Shown here one piece after another: positions 28,878-41,237 of a stretch of 64,000 nucleotides of DNA. Made by a program: the position numbers and the translations under genes. The notes below the pieces were generated by a model. It did no database searches. It was not told the DNA's origin and was given only the letters and a program-made list of their open reading frames with translations. Every line of letters starts with the position of its first letter. The first letter of the stretch is position 1. The DNA is from Octopus vulgaris (taxonomy: Eukaryota), in contig OX597817.1 in the NCBI GenBank assembly GCA_951406725.2, positions 115,382,001 to 115,446,000 of the forward strand. Direction: 5' to 3'.

Positions 28878-29849
28878 GAATGTATGTATATTTAGAAAAA
28901 AATATATTTTAATATTTCACAAATTTAACAAATGTATTTTGTGCTATTTCTCTCTGGTTTTTTTTTTTGGTAATAAGTTCAAATGAATTATGTTTTTTTC
29001 GCCACTAAATATTCATAAACGTAAGATTGAAATTCAGATATACGAATAAAATATCTTTCTATAATCTCTAATGACAATATATTTATTGCGCTAGCTTCAA
29101 GTTTAGAGACAAGTTTAATATGCGGTTATCACTTTGACAAATTTGCTTTCCAAATTGAAAGTGGAAGGCACAATATTTTGCCTTGTTTAAAAAATAACTC
29201 ATATTTCCATTCATTTTGAATTACGCTTTAAAACAGCGAACCATTAATATTGCTTTTTCGTAATTTTCTCATTTTTTTTATTATGTAAGAATATTTACAT
29301 CCTATCTTCCATTCATTTATCTTTTATATTCTGATGTTCTCAAATATATGAAGCATTGCACATTATTTTAATTTGATAAAAAAAATTTCGTAATGAGTTA
29401 CAAGAAAAGGAAGAAAAATATTTAATGTACGATGTATAAGGGTAGTGGCAAGCAAAAACTTAAAAGGCGTGGGCAAAATACTCCGCAGTAATTCTTACGG
29501 TTATCTTAGCTCTGAATTGAAATCACGCTGGAGCCACATTTGCAGATAAATGTAAGGAGGAATAAAAAGTTTACAGTAAATATAAGGGGGATAAAATGAC
29601 CACAGACAAATGCAAGGAGAGATAAAATGATTACACTAAAGAATTATTTAATGAGTTGGGTCTATTTAATAGACCACGGATCTACTATAGGCTAGCGTGA
29701 TATAAAAATCTCAAATAATCGACCAACTAAGGATTCTGGATAGGTGTGTACGAGGATGCCTCATCTGTTGTAATATACTCCCATCACATTCATATTATAT
29801 ATTAATAATACATATATCTCTCTCTATACGGTACACATACATATTGACT

Positions 29850-30035
29850 TTAAAATTTGGCGGAAGGCCAGAAACTTTAGGGGAAGTGTAAGTCGATTAC
29901 ATAGAGCCCAGTGCTCAAAGGTGCTTATTTTATCCAACGAGAAAGTCGACCTGGGCGGAATTTGAACGTAAAGATGGAAGAAATGCTGCTGAGCATTTTG
30001 TCCGGCATGCTAACAATTCTGCCAGGTCGTTGTCT
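29850..30035 (-). mobile_element. SINE family A copy
   Basis: AAAGTCGACCTGGGCGGAATTTGAAC...GCATTTTGTCCGGCATGCTAACAATTCTGCCAG. Confidence 0.75.
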
Positions 30036-30565
30036 TATGATACACCCACTTATTATTCGCCAACACATTCACATGGCATCGCTTAAGAAACAGACACCAT
30101 TTATCAGAAAATGAAACGCAAAAATAAAAATAAATACGGTGAACGGAAAATATGAATAAATATTTAATGTACGTCATAATATATCGAGGAATAATATATT
30201 GCTTTAGAATTCAACATTATTTACTATTATTATTACAGTAAGATATTTTTTCTTGACAGTAAATTTTTACTATAGATATCTAAATTCTGAAAAAGATTCA
30301 TAGCCACAGGTATACTTTATTTCTTTCATTCTTTTATTCCATTCAGTCAGTTGGTTTCAGACCTGCTGCAGTGTATGTAGCTTTGACGCGGTTTATTCCA
30401 TCAAATAAACTCTGCTTTATTAAATCTGATATTTACTACATCGATCTCATTTTCAAGTGATTTTATGGAGACATAAACAAAACACCACCACTTAAGTCAA
30501 CATCTCTAACGAAAAGACGTATGTGCATACGTACACATACGCGCATGAGTCCGCTCATACACATA

Positions 30566-31554
30566 CGAGGATTAGCTGAAAAGTTCAAAGGCTGAAAAAT
30601 ATATTTTCAAGGAATATGAACTAATGGAGATTTATTTTTCAACATCGTTCCCATTGTGGTTCACACACTTCTTCCATCGGGGTTTTAGTGCTGGCATCCC
30701 GCTGGGGAAGAAGCTTTCATCCTGATGGGGAAAAAGTAATCAACAGCGGATATGACGTCATCATTACTGCGATACTGGTTCCCAGCTAAGTGATTTTTCC
30801 TATTGGGGAACAGATGAGAATCAGACTGTGTCAAATTGGAGTAATAGGGAATGTAATGTACTAATTCAAAGCCACAGTCATGCACAAAAGAACATTGAAA
30901 TCGAGGACTTGTGGGTATTGTCCAGATGAAAAAGACCTCCTTGCCTCTATTTTCCTACGTGTTTGGCCTTGATAGCCTTTGGTAACTGCCTCAGCAGGTT
31001 AGCATGATAACCCCTTTTGAAGATACTTAATAAACACAATGCATTTTATATCCCCCAAAACTGAGGCCATCACCTTCCCTGCAGATGAGATGAGTCTGGG
31101 CTGCTTTGGAGCAGGTGGCAAGGAGCGTTTCCACTGAATGAATCATGTCTCTAGCTCAAAGTGATGAACACGGTCTCTGTAATTGTCAGTGGTGGCATTT
31201 GCAGGACTAGACCTTGGGTCATCTTCAAGACACTCTCTTACCCTCCTAAATTCAGCTGTCCAGTTTTACCCTGTTGATAAAGCTGGGGAGTCATCCCCTA
31301 ATGTCGCATGCATGTTGACATGAAGATACTTTGGAATTAAATCCTTTCCTTAAAGATACTTGATAAAAAAACGATGCCAAATTTTCTCAATTTTCAAGTT
31401 AGCAGTTACACTTGAAGTTTTGTTTGAAAAGTCAGACATCAGTTTGTTCGGAAAGAAAAATACAATTATTAATAATAAGAGCTAAAATTCACGATTTCAC
31501 AGCTCAAGCATCACTACTTCATAGTTGGCCTATGAATCTTTCAGCCCACCCTCG
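30566..31554 (-). mobile_element. Decayed mariner transposon with internal deletion
   Basis: TIRs CGAGGATTAGCTGAAAAGTTCAAAGGC and GGCCTATGAATCTTTCAGCCCACCCTCG, with TA on the left. The minus ORF GFELVHYIPYYSNLTQSDSHLFP matches the YSPDLAPSDFHLF motif. Confidence 0.85.
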
Positions 31555-31913
31555 AACGAAATGATATCCATTTGAGTTGGGAATGTTTATATTGATTTCT
31601 ACGAAGTTTTCCTGGGATGTCGAAGGTACAAGTAGAAAGCATGGATTTATATTAGTTCTTATAGCCTACATTGTTTTGGTTTTATGAAAAATATAATTAA
31701 ACACACAAATACATGTACGTATACCTCCATGGACGTATGTGTATGTGTATTTTTATATGTATGCGTGCGTCTTTATGTATATATGTGTGTGTATGTATAT
31801 ATATGTGTATATATATATATATATGTGCGTGTATATATGTATGTATATATAAATATATATATGTATATATATATATATATGTATGCATATATGTTTGTAT
31901 GTATATATGTGAG

Positions 31914-31988
<75 letters not shown>

Positions 31989-32159
31989 CTGAGTATATAA
32001 ATTTAAAAAAACACCTTTTATCAATTCAACAATGAAAAAATTAAATCATAACATTTACAAAAAATTACATCTAATAGAAAATTAAGAATAAGATAAAAAC
32101 ATATTCTAATGATAAAGTAATATGCAAAATAAAAAATAAAACGTATATATTTGGTAGAA

Positions 32160-32239
32160 TAACTACGCGCGTTTCGTGGCTAAATTTAAGAAATAAGAGT
32201 AAAATCAATTCAATATAAATATAGTCACTCCTCAGGTTA
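32160..32239 (-). ncRNA. Type I hammerhead ribozyme, canonical core
   Basis: Minus strand: TAAC (stem I) CTGAGGA GTGACTA..TAGCCAC (stem II) GAAAC GCGC GTA GTTA (stem I'). Palindromic stem III ACGCGCGT; GUA cleavage triplet. Confidence 0.85.
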
Positions 32240-32346
32240 AAGATAAAAACAATAACATAATTAAATAAATAATCTTGTAAAATACAAAATATCTTAAATA
32301 TATTCTTGCGTAAATAATTATTTTATTATTTTATTATTTCTCTCTT

Positions 32347-32429
32347 TAACCTGAAGAGTAACTATATTTATATTGAATTGATTTTACTGTTATCATTTCG
32401 TAAATATAGCCACGAAACACGTATAGTTA
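32347..32429 (+). ncRNA. Type I hammerhead ribozyme, inverted sister copy, partly mutated
   Basis: TAAC CTGAAGA GTAACTATATTTA..TAAATATAGCCAC GAAAC ACGT ATA GTTA. Confidence 0.75.
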
Positions 32430-32830
32430 TTCTACGAAATATATACGTTTTATTTATTATTTTGCACATTACTTAATCATTGGTATATGTCTTTACCTTA
32501 TATCTAATTTTCTATAAGATATATTTTTTTCTAAATGGTATAATTTAATTTTTTCATTGTTGAATTGATAAAAGGTAGTTTTTTTTCCATTTTATGTATG
32601 TATATATATATATATATATATTACATTTTGTGAAATTTGATTTGGTATTTCGAAATTGAATTTTTCCCTGTAAGTTTGAAATAATATTCCCTCTTATTAT
32701 TATGTATATATATGCATATATATGTATATATATGTATATATATATATATGCATATATATGTATATATATATATATATATATGTAAAAATAAGACAAAATA
32801 GAAAATGCTATAATAATTTTATAGTGAACA

Positions 32831-32875
32831 TTTCAGTACCGGTTTCGGTCATTTTGAGACCTTTTCAACTGTAAC
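32831..32875 (-). ncRNA. Minimal type I hammerhead with a U3:A8 covariant core
   Basis: Minus strand: GTTACAG TTGAAAA GGTC-tcaaaat-GACC GAAAC CG GTA CTGAAAT. The C3:G8 pair is replaced by U:A; palindromic stem III ACCGGT. Confidence 0.78.
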
Positions 32876-33228
32876 GATTAAATAATTAAAAAATTAAATT
32901 TAGAAAAATTAGAAGAAAAGTTTTTTTAAGGGAATATTTCTATAGTAGTGTTCAGATATAAGTGGCATTCTGCTTTTCTCTGACTCCCTTGTTTGCACTT
33001 GTGTGTTGTGAGTTCTTGGTAGGGTAGATGAAGAAGAAGAATGCTGATGTGGTGGAAAGGGGGTGGGAAAGTCTGGGAGTGCCCTGATGGCCGTATTTTG
33101 AATGGTCAGTGTCGACTGGCAGTCTCAGTTTAATTCAGGATAATGTTTCTATTAATAGGCTTGTTTATGGAATTTGCGTAGGTGTTATACTGAAAAAGTA
33201 TTAGTGATAAAGTTAAGAGGTGGAAGGT

Positions 33229-33420
33229 GAAGAAGAAGAAGAAGAAGAAGAAGAAGAAGAAGAAGAAGAAGAAGAAGAAGAAGAAGCAGGAGAAGGTGAC
33301 GATGTTGATGACGATGATGATGAAGAAGAAGAAGGAGAAGGAGAAGATGATGATGATGGTGGTGATGATGACGACGACGATGATGATGACGATAATGATG
33401 AAGAAGAAGAAGAAGAAAAA
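33229..33420. repeat. (GAA)n/(GAT)n trinucleotide tract inside the PLE 3' UTR
   Basis: Direct reading; source of the spurious poly-E/D and poly-K ORFs. Confidence 0.95.
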
Positions 33421-33520
33421 ACCGAGAAGGGAGAATATGAATGGGTGAAAGTTAGTAATGGATTCTTTGGAATGTAATATTTGTGTGTATATATTTCTTT
33501 TATTCTAAAGTTGAGGTATA

Positions 33521-34430
33521 TTAATTGTTTGTCGTAGACCCGTTAAGAAGTGGTCTGTATTTTCTAATAAAGAGATTTTCTTTACTTATTCGTTGTATCC
33601 AGGTTGTATCGTCCCTAAATTGATAGAGGGGGAAAATCCTGAAGCTTGGTGTTTTTTTGTTGGCGCAAGTATCTATGTGTTGGCTAAAAGCTATTTTTCT
33701 GTTTTGGGGAATTTTTATCTGGGATCTGTGCAGGGCCATTCGTATACGCAAACCATTTTTCGTTTGGCCTATGTACTGCTCTTGACACCCGGAGCAGGTT
33801 AGTGAGTATATTAGGTTCTCCGAAGCACATGTGAAGTTGCTTTTCACTGTGAACCGTTGTCCCTGTTTGAAGGAGAACTCTGATCCCTCAATTAGATAGT
33901 CGCATATCCCGCAATTGGGTCTTCCACATTTTTTTACTGTCGGCTTCTGTGTTGAAGAGTGTATTCGGGCTTGTGTTAGAAGACTTTTCATGGATTTAGG
34001 CTGTCTCTTGCTTTTTATGATCGTGTGTGTTTGGAGGATTGTGTTCATTCTGTGGTCTTTTTTTAAGAGGGGTATGTTGTGGAGGATGGTGCTGAAGGCT
34101 TCGTTATTGAGGGGGTTGTGTGTGGAGATGTATGGTAAGGCTTTTGGTTGTAAGTTTTTCTTTGATTTGGGATGTCTCAGTTCCTTGATGTTAAGTTGAA
34201 GGGCACGTTGAATGCACTTGTCAATTAGTGAAGGTGGATAGTTCCTGGTGACAAGGGTATCTTTTAGTTCTTGTAGTCGTGTGTCTCTGGTGTTTGCGTT
34301 AGAGACTATAGTGCATATCATTTTTGCTAGATTGAAGGGGATATTCATCCTGGTGTGTCTAGGGTGGCATGAATTGAATGGAAGGTATTGCTTAGAGTCT
34401 GTAGGCTTATAATATATGTCTGTTTCTATT
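33521..34430 (-). CDS. PLE polyprotein C-terminal part (RT thumb, Cys-rich linker, GIY-YIG endonuclease); open but 5'-truncated
   Basis: The frame extends upstream of the listed Met as [25 protein letters not shown]. Linker [11 protein letters not shown]; [21 protein letters not shown]...RMALH...FSQH...[13 protein letters not shown]. The RT catalytic core is absent. Confidence 0.85.
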
Positions 34431-34475
34431 GTATTATTGGCTTATTGTATTATATATATATATGTATATATATGC

Positions 34476-34508
<33 letters not shown>

Positions 34509-34520
34509 TATGTGTATATA

Positions 34521-34586
<66 letters not shown>

Positions 34587-34587
<1 letters not shown>

Positions 34588-35769
34588 CTTAAGTTCTGTC
34601 CGATTTTACCTTTCTCAAAATTGAATTAAATTTAATAGTATTTTAGAACGTGTAATGGAATTTAAAATCATTTTTATGCATTTATGTAGATTTAAACTGA
34701 TTAAATATTATTTTACAGCATAATAGAATTTAAGTCATATAATGCTTCATGAGTACAAAAAAGGAAACTCTGCAACCGAAACGCCTCGAAACGTAGACGC
34801 AGTTTATGGGAAAGAATGCTTGAATAAAATAACTTGCAGAAGATGGTTTGCAAAATTCAAAAGTGGAGATTTCAGGTTTGAAGATGAAGATAGAACAGGA
34901 CGTCAATTTGAGTTTGATGATAAGCTTCTTGGGGCATAACTAGAAGAAAATCCTGCATTATAATTTGAAGAATTGGCAATAAAGCTGAGTTCAAACCAAA
35001 CGACTGTTCATTGTCATCTTCAACAACTTGGTAAGTTTCCTAAGCTTGGAAAATGGGTGCCTAATGAAGTGTCCGAAAACAACCACAAATCCCGAGTTGA
35101 CATCTGCTCTTCTCTCCATTCTCGGGAACTCATTTCACCCTCTTTGGATAGACTTCTAAACACTGGCTTGGAAACAGGGAACAAACGCAACCGGAATCGA
35201 GAAGGGAACATCATGGGAAAAAGTTTCTTTTTTCTATATGGTAGAATTGCAAAGGAATAATTCATTTTGAATTGTTACCACCTAATGCAACAATCAATGC
35301 TCAAATCTACTGTCAGCAGTTAGAGCGTTTGAACCAAGCTTTAAAGAAAAATAGACACACTTTAGTGAAGCGAAAAGGAGTGATGTTTCATCAGGAAAAT
35401 ACGCGATCCCACACTCTAAAGATCACATCACGGAAGATCGTAGAGCTGGGTTGGGAAAAATTCCTCATCCACCTTATTCTCCCGACCTTGCTCCTTCAGA
35501 CTACCATTTGTTTTGTAGTTTACAGAATCATTTGGGGGATATAACTTTCGCAAGCCAGAAGGAGGTCGAAACTGACTGACATTTCAGAGTACTTCGCTTT
35601 GTAACCAAAAGAGTTTTACATTGATGGGATTAAAACGCTTGTAAATAGATGTAAGGAATTCATAGATACTCACGGAAAGTACATTGATGATTAAATTTCA
35701 TTTAAATATAACATTTAATCACTTGCTTTCTTTTTTCAAAATTTGGACAGAATTTATGGAATGAACTGA
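34587..35769 (+). mobile_element. Mariner transposon, decayed, inserted in a (TA)n tract
   Basis: HTH region MLHEYKKGNSATE...WFAKFKSGDF; GKWVPNEV (WVPHEL-like); FHQENTRSH; HPPYSPDLAPSDYHLF. TIR core TAAGTTCTGTCCGATTTT versus AAAATTTGGACAGAATTTA. The first catalytic Asp region is deleted. Confidence 0.93.
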
Positions 35770-35818
35770 TATATATCCATATATATATATATGTGTATAT
35801 ATATATATATATATATTT

Positions 35819-35868
<50 letters not shown>

Positions 35869-35893
35869 AAATATATATGTACATATATATATG

Positions 35894-35949
<56 letters not shown>

Positions 35950-35979
35950 TGTATGCGTGTGTATAAGTTACCTATATAT

Positions 35980-36470
35980 ATGGGATCCGCCGACAAGATA
36001 ACATGTAATTACGATGAATCGTAACGTATCTATATAAATGGAAATAGCAAGTACAGTTATTTATATAAACAAGAGCAGACAAAGATAAGCAGGCTCATGT
36101 ATTAATGCATTTGTTATTACATATTTGTGAATATATTTGGGGATATATATTCTAAAGATTATCGAAGCGGTTCGTAACTTAAAAATTTAAGAGAAATAGT
36201 TAATGAGTATGTGACATTCTACATTAAATTATTTTATATATTTACAAAATAGTCGAAAGTAAATTATATAACGTTATCTAATCCTGCTGCGATATATAAT
36301 TACATTATTTTATAATTAACTAGCTTTATTAAGAGAAGATTTTTGAAATGATATGGTGTTTAAATTTTCCCTCTGCGAACTGTAACATCTGCTACTTCGT
36401 TAACATTCGACTAAATTACAGACTAATTAACTGTATTAAACTATCGTTTAATGAAATATTCGTATATGGA
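35980..36470 (+). repeat. Diverged direct repeat, copy 1 (partner at 41820-42298)
   Basis: Shared colinear blocks AGAGCAGACAAAGATAAGCA, AAATTATATAACGTTAT, TTTTATAATTAACTAGCTTTATTAAGAG, CTGCGAACTGTAACA and TTAAACTATCG. Confidence 0.88.
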
Positions 36471-38609
36471 TTTTACTTCATCTTAGATTTTATCTGAATG
36501 AAGAAAATGCTCAATGCTACAAACTTGTTCTTATGAGGAACACACCTCTCTCATGAAACGTATTAACATGTAACACTGCAAATACCGTGCTGCCGGAAAA
36601 TAAGAACGATTTGATTGTTAGAATATTAATTTCATTTCATGATTATGTGGTGCTTAGTTCAAATACACTGACCAGCACCTTAGACAATTATGTTATGTCA
36701 TAACCTCAGATGTCGGGATCACGTTGTCTGAAATTCATATGCAATACTTGTGTAACCACATCAGAGAGACTTGAAATTCTTAAATTATTTTAGTGAAGTG
36801 CATTCAGATTAAAGTACTTTCAGAACTGATCTCTGGGGTGACAAGAACTGCCGTTTGGCATTCTTTCTATTAGACTCAGTGTCCTGGAAAGGGGTCTCAG
36901 GAAGAGCTCTTTCTCCTCTGGCAATGGTATTTGAGAAAATATACTATTTAAATGAATAGCTGCCACAAAATTGATTTATCTACTGTGAGTCTCCACAGAA
37001 GTGTTAGGCTGTTTAATCTTTAGGTAGTTTAAGCATTTTTCAAATATATTACATAAGCATGGCTTACAAATAGTCTCCGTATTCAAATGAATTTATATGA
37101 TATGTTTGTACCGTGTTGAATATTGAAGAAGAGATTATTAAAATATACTTTGGCAGGTTTACACAAACTGTCAACATTAGTCATTAAAAAGAGAAATAGT
37201 AAAATAAGAGTAAGACTAGAAGTTGAAATTTTGATAAATCGAAGAAGAGTAATATGACGAGAGGGGGCAAATAAATAAGAAACTAAACAGAAGCTCATGA
37301 CCATACCAACTGGTGGTGGAGAAAAGAAGAAATTAAACGACAGGAGAGAAAAGCTTGACAAAATCAATCTCGTCTTTCACCAACATTACCATGCCGTCAA
37401 TAGTATCGAGTCTTCTATGCAAAAATTGGTCTACAGTGTCAGGAATACCTTCACCATAAAGGAAGCGTTCGATAAAGAAGAAAATATATTCTCGGATACG
37501 AGATAAAGCCGACGACAACAACGATGGATGGATTCTTCATATTCCAACAGCCACGATTATTTGTCACGTCTATGTAAAATGTATTTTGATTCTTAATACC
37601 CCGTGTAAAATACAGAGGCAGAATCCTATTTCTTTATTTGGGTTTAGCAACCTATATACATAAAATATATGTAGCTTAAAGTTCGTAATTTCTTAGATGT
37701 GTATACGTTGTTGTTAACAAGTCTATATTGCTTTTTGAGTGATATTGTTTATTAATAATATAATTAATATGTTTTAGTTTTTACATCTTATTTATTAAAG
37801 AAAATAATGTTTATTTGTCACGCATTGTACTGCTGTTTTATTTAAATGTGGTAATTCTGAAGAAAATTTAGATAAGTATCAATAAATAACATTAATTCCC
37901 TAGTGCGTTTGCTTTAATAAATGTTTCCTTTGTCTGTTCCTAAGTCTGTAATATATGTAGTAATTGAGCCATTCAATGGATAACTATTGCTTAAATAATT
38001 AAATAGTTGATGTATGACCATTCATACAGGTGGAAATTAACAAATATATAGAATATAGTTATCACATTTGTACTAATTGCAAACCAAATATTTCTCACCA
38101 AAGAAAATATTTCCCCACCATTATAAAATTTTGCATATTTGTAATTAGGGCGCATCTGAAAATATACTTTCAGTTTCGGTATTAATTCTATACGACAAAG
38201 AAAGCAATATTTATAATAAAAAGTTTTTGATATTTTAAAATTTTACACAATTGCTGGTATTTCAACATTTCAACATTTATATTTTAATGGTGTTGTGATT
38301 TCCTTTCTACTAATAACATTTAAATTCTGTAATTGAAGTGATTGATATTTGAAACAAGGCAATAAAATATTTTAAAGATCAATGAATTATATTCTTAGAC
38401 GAAGTTACTCTTTTAAAAACATATTTTCATTTATACATAAACACAATTAACTTATTTGATTAAAGAGGGAAACACACTTCTATTGCAAACTGACACAACT
38501 GTAGTCGAAGGTATATATAGTTAATATTAATGAACTACCCTGTAAAAAGTCAATAATGTATATTGAATTATCTTGACTAAATATGCTATTCCTCTAAACA
38601 TACTGTTCT

Positions 38610-38768
38610 TTTCTACTCAGGGCACAAGGCCCGAAATTTTTGGTGAGGGGGCCCAGTCAATTAGATAGACCCCAGCACACAACTGGCACTTAATTTATCG
38701 ACCCCGAAAGAATGAAAGGCAAAGTCGACCTCGGCGGAATTTGAACTCAGAACATAGAGACAGACGAA
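38610..38768 (-). mobile_element. SINE family A copy, well conserved, 5'-truncated
   Basis: GGCACAAGGCCCGAAATTTT...ATCGACCCCGAAAGAATGAAAGGCAAAGTCGACCTCGGCGGAATTTGAACTCAGAAC. Confidence 0.85.
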
Positions 38769-39409
38769 CATGGAGTGCTGTTTATTGATTGATTCTTGAT
38801 AGGAGATTGCCTCTACTCTTCGGACAGTTCCTAAATATTATGTAATGATGTTGGATTTTTATTCCTGTTTAGAAGGCTCGATTGTAGACAACAAAGTACA
38901 AGACATCACATAGTAGGCAAAATGTGTATCTTTCTCTGTCGCTTAATCTCCCTTACACATATGCAGGTTATTTTCTGCTGCATTTATAGGCTTTGAAATT
39001 TTAGAATTAATTGAAAATTTTCAAACTTAGTATATTGATATAATTTTTCACGTTGAATCTGATTGTGTTATTTACTTGTGCCTGAAACAATGTTACAGAG
39101 GTTTAAAGCTTTATAATTTTTACCCAATCAGAAAACAAGATTTGGAAGCTGGCATTATGTTTCCACGAAACTTGTCTATCAAAAAGTAGATACCGGCGAA
39201 AGTTGTAAGACATTTTGAAGTTTTAATGAATTTTAACGAATAAAGTCATGTGATACGGTAGAAAAGATATGTAAACGACTTAAAAGTTAAAATCTTCAAT
39301 GAAATGTTCTTTTGGGAAAAATTACAAGAGTGTACGTTCTAGTAATGTAGTAATAGTTAAATTCATGTACACGATACATTTTTTGTTGTGAAAATTCGTA
39401 AACGAAATT

Positions 39410-40110
39410 TTGAGGTATACTCTTGGAGTTTCTCAAACCAATTACAAGTTTTCATATCGCCTATGCCGCATAAACTCACAGAGATACAATCCAACCATAC
39501 AACGGTGGATTACACGTTATCTTTTATTTCCTTCTTTTACACAAGCACATGTACTGTTTTCCACTTGTTGCGTATGGGTACCATGTTTCGAGTTAATAAA
39601 CTCAAATCTGTGGTTCACTGTTTGTCGAAAATTATAACCATCAATTTCAGTGAAAGTAGGCCTTCCAGAAGTCCCTGGGAGAATCGACTAACGTATGCAT
39701 TCCTCCCGCGTGTTACCATTCCAACATAGCACTGTATGAAGAAAAAGATGTCTGGTCTCGTGACGCTACGAAGACCCAATGCTCAGGTAGAAGACATATT
39801 TCCTTGGTTGTATTGATATCTTGAGTAGACTTTCTTCGATCTCATCAATCTTCTCCGCACCTATTTCAAGAACATAGGTGTTTAATTACCAGCTGTGCAG
39901 TAGCCCATCCTTAGTTCTTGAACACAAATACGAACTGAAGTCAATCCATTAACCCATGAGTGAAAGAAAAAAAATAGTACAGTCCAAAGAAGAAGGGTTC
40001 CACCTTCAAACCATTTATCTTTTCTGACAGACGTGAGCAGACTACAGCCTAACGTCTTTTTTGCCAACAGGCACAAATGTGTCTGTGGCTGTCTATTGAT
40101 TACAATTTCC
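39410..40110 (-). pseudogene. Merlin (IS1016/IS1595-ISXO2-like) DDE transposase relic
   Basis: Minus strand, read across frameshifts: TSVRKDKWFEG..LTSVRICVQEL; KIDEIEESL (VEIDES); YNQG; LPEHWVF; ILPGT; FWKAY; KTVNHRFEFINSKHGTHTQQVE (TVNH...GAHTQNVE); YLCEFMRHRR (YLAEFMWRRR). Motif order matches ISXO2-like transposases. Confidence 0.82.
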
Positions 40111-40329
40111 CCAGATTTGCAAACTTAAAAGACACTATTAACATTTTATATACTAATTAGCATGCAAAATTGCATCAGTGAATCACACTTAAAAACAATT
40201 AGAAGAAAATATAAATTTATAGAAAACAGAAAAGATCCCATATGTATTCGTACATATATGCAACTTTAATATCAAACATTCTCCAACACTTTTCGTCATA
40301 TTATGCATGTGTGTGTGTGTGTAAAATCA

Positions 40330-40645
40330 TGGGATTACCCCTAGAAAGTTATCCTCCAAGGTACAAGTCCAGGCAAAGTTGTTTATGGAAGACGAGTAGT
40401 CGCCATGCATACCAGTCTCTCCTCTCTACGCCACTGTTGTTATCCAAGGGAAAGGCAAAAGTCGATAAGCTTGGCACCAGTGACGTCGCAGCTCATTTCT
40501 AACGCTGAGAGTACTGGACCAGCGTGAAATAAAATGTCTTCTTCAAGACACATAAAATGTCTTGCGCAACACACATCCCGGTCCAGGATTCGAACTCACT
40601 ACGTCATGATTGCGAGCTCAACGCTCTGACCGCTGAGCCATGCAC
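40330..40645 (-). mobile_element. SINE family C-related copy with a long 3' body
   Basis: Reverse-complement head GTGCATGGCTCAGCGGTCAGAGCG...GAGTTCGAATCCTGGACCGGG, core TGTGTCTTGAAGAAGACATTTTATTTCACG. Confidence 0.75.
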
Positions 40646-41011
40646 GTTCATATATATATATATATTTTTACAAATTTGTGATGTTACCAGTAGGACCACA
40701 ACTTCAGTTTCAGGAGAACCCTATTTTCTGGAGTACACATAGAAAGTTATATCCAAAACACTAATCTAATAATATAATCATTTTAAAGCCTACTATATAG
40801 TACAATAAAATAAAGTGCATTAGAATTGATTAAAAATTATATAAACACAATAACACAATTAAAATATAAATATATAGAAAGGGCAGTCAAAGTCCAAAGC
40901 ATGAATTGGTTTGGGCTGTAACTGCCCTATTTAGCATGTAAGGTGTCCTGTCACAGGTCACCTCTTTCTTGTATAAATACTTAAATTGTTTATACACTAT
41001 CATATATGAAA

Positions 41012-41107
<96 letters not shown>

Positions 41108-41237
41108 ATAAACTTAGATAAACTTAGATATGTTTCGACCAATGATTGGTCCAGGTCTATAAATATATATATATATATGTATACGTTTAAATATTTGTTG
41201 TGCAAGATTTTTATGTGAAGTTGTGTGTTGAAACAGA

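Larger units (their letters stand above)
32003..32590. repeat. ~590-bp diverged inverted repeat (arms ~250 bp) flanked by TA/TG tracts, each arm carrying a hammerhead
   Basis: For example CCTTTTATCAATTCAACAATGAAAAAATTAAA (32014) versus TTTAATTTTTTCATTGTTGAATTGATAAAAGG (32544). Homology continues inward to about 32250/32335. Confidence 0.92.
32785..34450 (-). mobile_element. Penelope-like element (Neptune-like), 5'-truncated, with 3' pLTR region containing a hammerhead; flanked by TA tracts
   Basis: RT thumb + GIY-YIG ORF, 3' UTR with (TTC)/(TCA) microsatellite, HHR at 32831-32875, (TA)n on both sides. Confidence 0.9.

Noticed and set aside
33220-33477. Acidic poly-E/D ORF and overlapping poly-K ORF
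   Set aside because: Trinucleotide microsatellite within the PLE 3' UTR, read on the opposite strand.
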